Shown here: positions 24,101 to 27,100 of the stretch, in pieces
Numbering within the stretch: the stretch's first letter is position 1
Layout: each line of letters starts with the position of its first letter
The notes under the pieces: model-generated
What the model saw: only the letters and a program-made list of their open reading frames with translations
Databases searched by the model: none
Told to the model about the DNA's origin: nothing
Program-made: the position numbers and the translations under genes
IMG/VR virus record: IMGVR_UViG_3300046387_000246
Location: 11,494 to 75,493 of that record
From: a virus
DNA: 64,000 nt
Reading direction: 5' to 3' (one strand)

Positions 24101-27100
24101 CAACTGATCCTGGTAGTGGTGCTTGGTTAGTTGCAACTAAGGTAAGTACAAATCATTTCCACGTTAATGTTGGTAACTTCTTTGGTAGAGGTCCGATTTC
24201 TAATCAGACAACTCACTCATTTGTATCTGCAACTGCTAATGGTGTAGAGAAAGCAAATGATAAAATCAAGATGGCAGAAAACTCAGTTACATTTACTTGT
24301 GCTAAAGATGATAATGAAACTCTCCATCCATATCCTAGACAAAATGATCCTGCATACAACGAATATCTACCTATTTCTGATGTAACTACTCACGAGTTTG
24401 ATGTATTTGTTGGTCGTGCAAACTTAGATCAGACTGTTCATCAGTTCTACTCTGCAACAGATAACGGAGTTACACATCCTACTGGAAATATTACAATCAA
24501 CGTTGGTATTTCTTCTAACACTACAACTCACAACTACGTTACCACTACTACAACTTACGATATAACTGGAGCGACCTACAGCCCAACTACAGGTGTAATG
24601 ACGCTGACCATTCCTAATCATAAGATGTATGTGGGTGAGTACATTTATCTTGCTGATGGTGCTGTTACCTTTAGTCAAGGTGCTTTACCAAATTCAAATG
24701 ATGAAGTAAGTGGAAGAATGATTCGTGTACAAGGTGTAATTTCTGATAACCGCATTCTTATTGTTTACGGAACTAATAGTAATACTGCATCTTGGTCATA
24801 TCAATCTGCTACTGCTGGTGCAGTTACTAAACCTAAGATTCTTGGTGGTGGTGTTTACAATCACAAGTATGTTAGTTCTACTGGTATGGCAGTTCGTGGT
24901 GGTGGACATTATACTCACCAATTCGAAGGTCCTGCTAAGACAACTGTTACTGACGCTGCATACAATCCTACTTCAGGTGTTATGACTGTTACAGTTCCTA
25001 ACCACGGTTGGGAAACTGGAGATGGTGTTATTATCGATGACGATTCTATCGTATTCACTTGCACACAAGATAGTGGTGCTACTGAACATCCATATCCAAG
25101 ATCAAAGGATCCTGTAAGTCGTCAGATTCTTACAATTTCAAATGTAACTACTAACACATTTGATGTACAGGTTCTAGCAACCACACCTTCTACAAACACA
25201 ACTACTCATACATTTGTAAGAGCAACTAAGCACGGTATCAGAAGAGCTGCTATTCACACTGGTGGTGCTTATAATCACATCTTTGTTAGTTCTACAAATG
25301 ATTCTCTAACATCATATGTTGGTGGTGGTGCTGCTCGTTGTCAAAACGAAGCATCTGCTATTACTACATTAATGAATATTCCTATCAATCTATTTGGTAG
25401 TGGATCAGCTAATCCAAATACTTACATAAGTGGTATTACTAGAACTCTACCGAAGGAGTGGCCACTAACAGGTGAACGTGCAATTCAACGTGATATTTCA
25501 ATCACATATGATAGTGGATCTGGTGACTGTGCAACTGAAGCATCTACAATTAGTACATTATTTGGATACTTAATTAATGTTATTGACACTGCTTCTAAAG
25601 GAAATGGTAACTACTTTACTAACCAATCAATAACAAGAAACGCACCTGCTCAAACTAATACACTTCTTGCTGGTGGTGGTATTTGCTATAACGTAGTTTC
25701 TGCTATGTCAACATTGGCAGACTTGTTAGAAGATACTCTTGGACAAGCTCCTGAAATGTATCGTCAAACTGCAAGACTACTATTATTGAATGACACATAC
25801 GTCAGACGTGAATCATATTATAAGACAGTACAAACTTACGCAGGTTATAACGGTGACGAAGATTTCGGTGATTCAGTACGTAAAGCATTTATTTATGACT
25901 TACTCACAGACGGTAATATTGCAACAATCGACTTAGTTAATAGTTGGTTTGATGCCGAGGGTAATTTCATCGCGTATCCTGGCATCTTCAGGACACAATT
26001 AATCTTCCACGCAGACGCTGTTAAAGAAATGTGTGTCAAGATTATTAAACAGAAAGCAGATAATCCTGGTGGATATAACCAAGAGATTCCTTATGAGAAT
26101 AAGGAGTATCGTCCTACTGAGACTGCTGAACACAAATTACATCAACTATATCATATAATTGACGTTGCACTTAACCGTTCTACATTCCCATCAATTTACT
26201 TGAAGTTTAACTTTGATGTTGGTGCTCAGGTTAATCAGAATGGTTCACTTGATGCTCCTGATGGACACAACTTCGAAGCATATGATCGTGTAACTTATAC
26301 AGTTCTTGGTACTGCTATTGAAGAATTAGATCGTACAACTTATATCATTCACCCAGACACATCAGAGAATCTAATCTGGTTGGCAGAAGAGATTGATGGT
26401 GAGAAACTTACCGTACTATCTCCAGGCACACCTGGTCAGACTCACCAATTATCTGTATCTGATGAGACTGGTATCAATAGAGTTCCTACAACTTACGGTA
26501 CACGTAATGTTCCTACACCTATTACTGGTGGTATCAATACTGCTGATATATTCTTCGGTGAAACTTCAGGTGCATATGGTGAAGTTATTAGAATCCAAGA
26601 CAACTTAGCAGATATTCTATACGCTGTTAAGTGGATGCCACTCACACGTACAAGTGATCCTGAGACATTTGTTAACGGTGAAGAAGTTGTTAAGACTGGT
26701 GCTACTGGTAACAAAGGAACTATCCTCGCTACAGACAATGCAACATATGTGAAGATTATTATTACTGGTGGAAACATTCAATCTGGTGATGCAATCGAGG
26801 GATCTACCTCTGGTGCTACAGGTAATATTGGATCTGATATTCACGATCGCTTATTGATCAACATCAAGCAAGGTGATTTCATTGCTACTGATATACTTTA
26901 TGCTAAGAATGCTACAAGTAAGGCAGAAGCATTGATAGTACGTAATAACGATGGTGCTCTACTTGATAACCAATCTGGACGTGTCACATTTGACATTGAA
27001 TCTGTTAAAGGTCAATTCAATAGTGGCGATGTTATCTACGGTTCTGTTACTGATCAAATCATCGAGATTGAAGGATTTAATATCCTTCCTGGATTTGGAG

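Noticed and set aside
18772-25317. CRISPR-like or DNA tandem repeat array
   Set aside because: The repeats are conserved only at protein level inside an open frame; there is no identical DNA repeat-spacer pattern.
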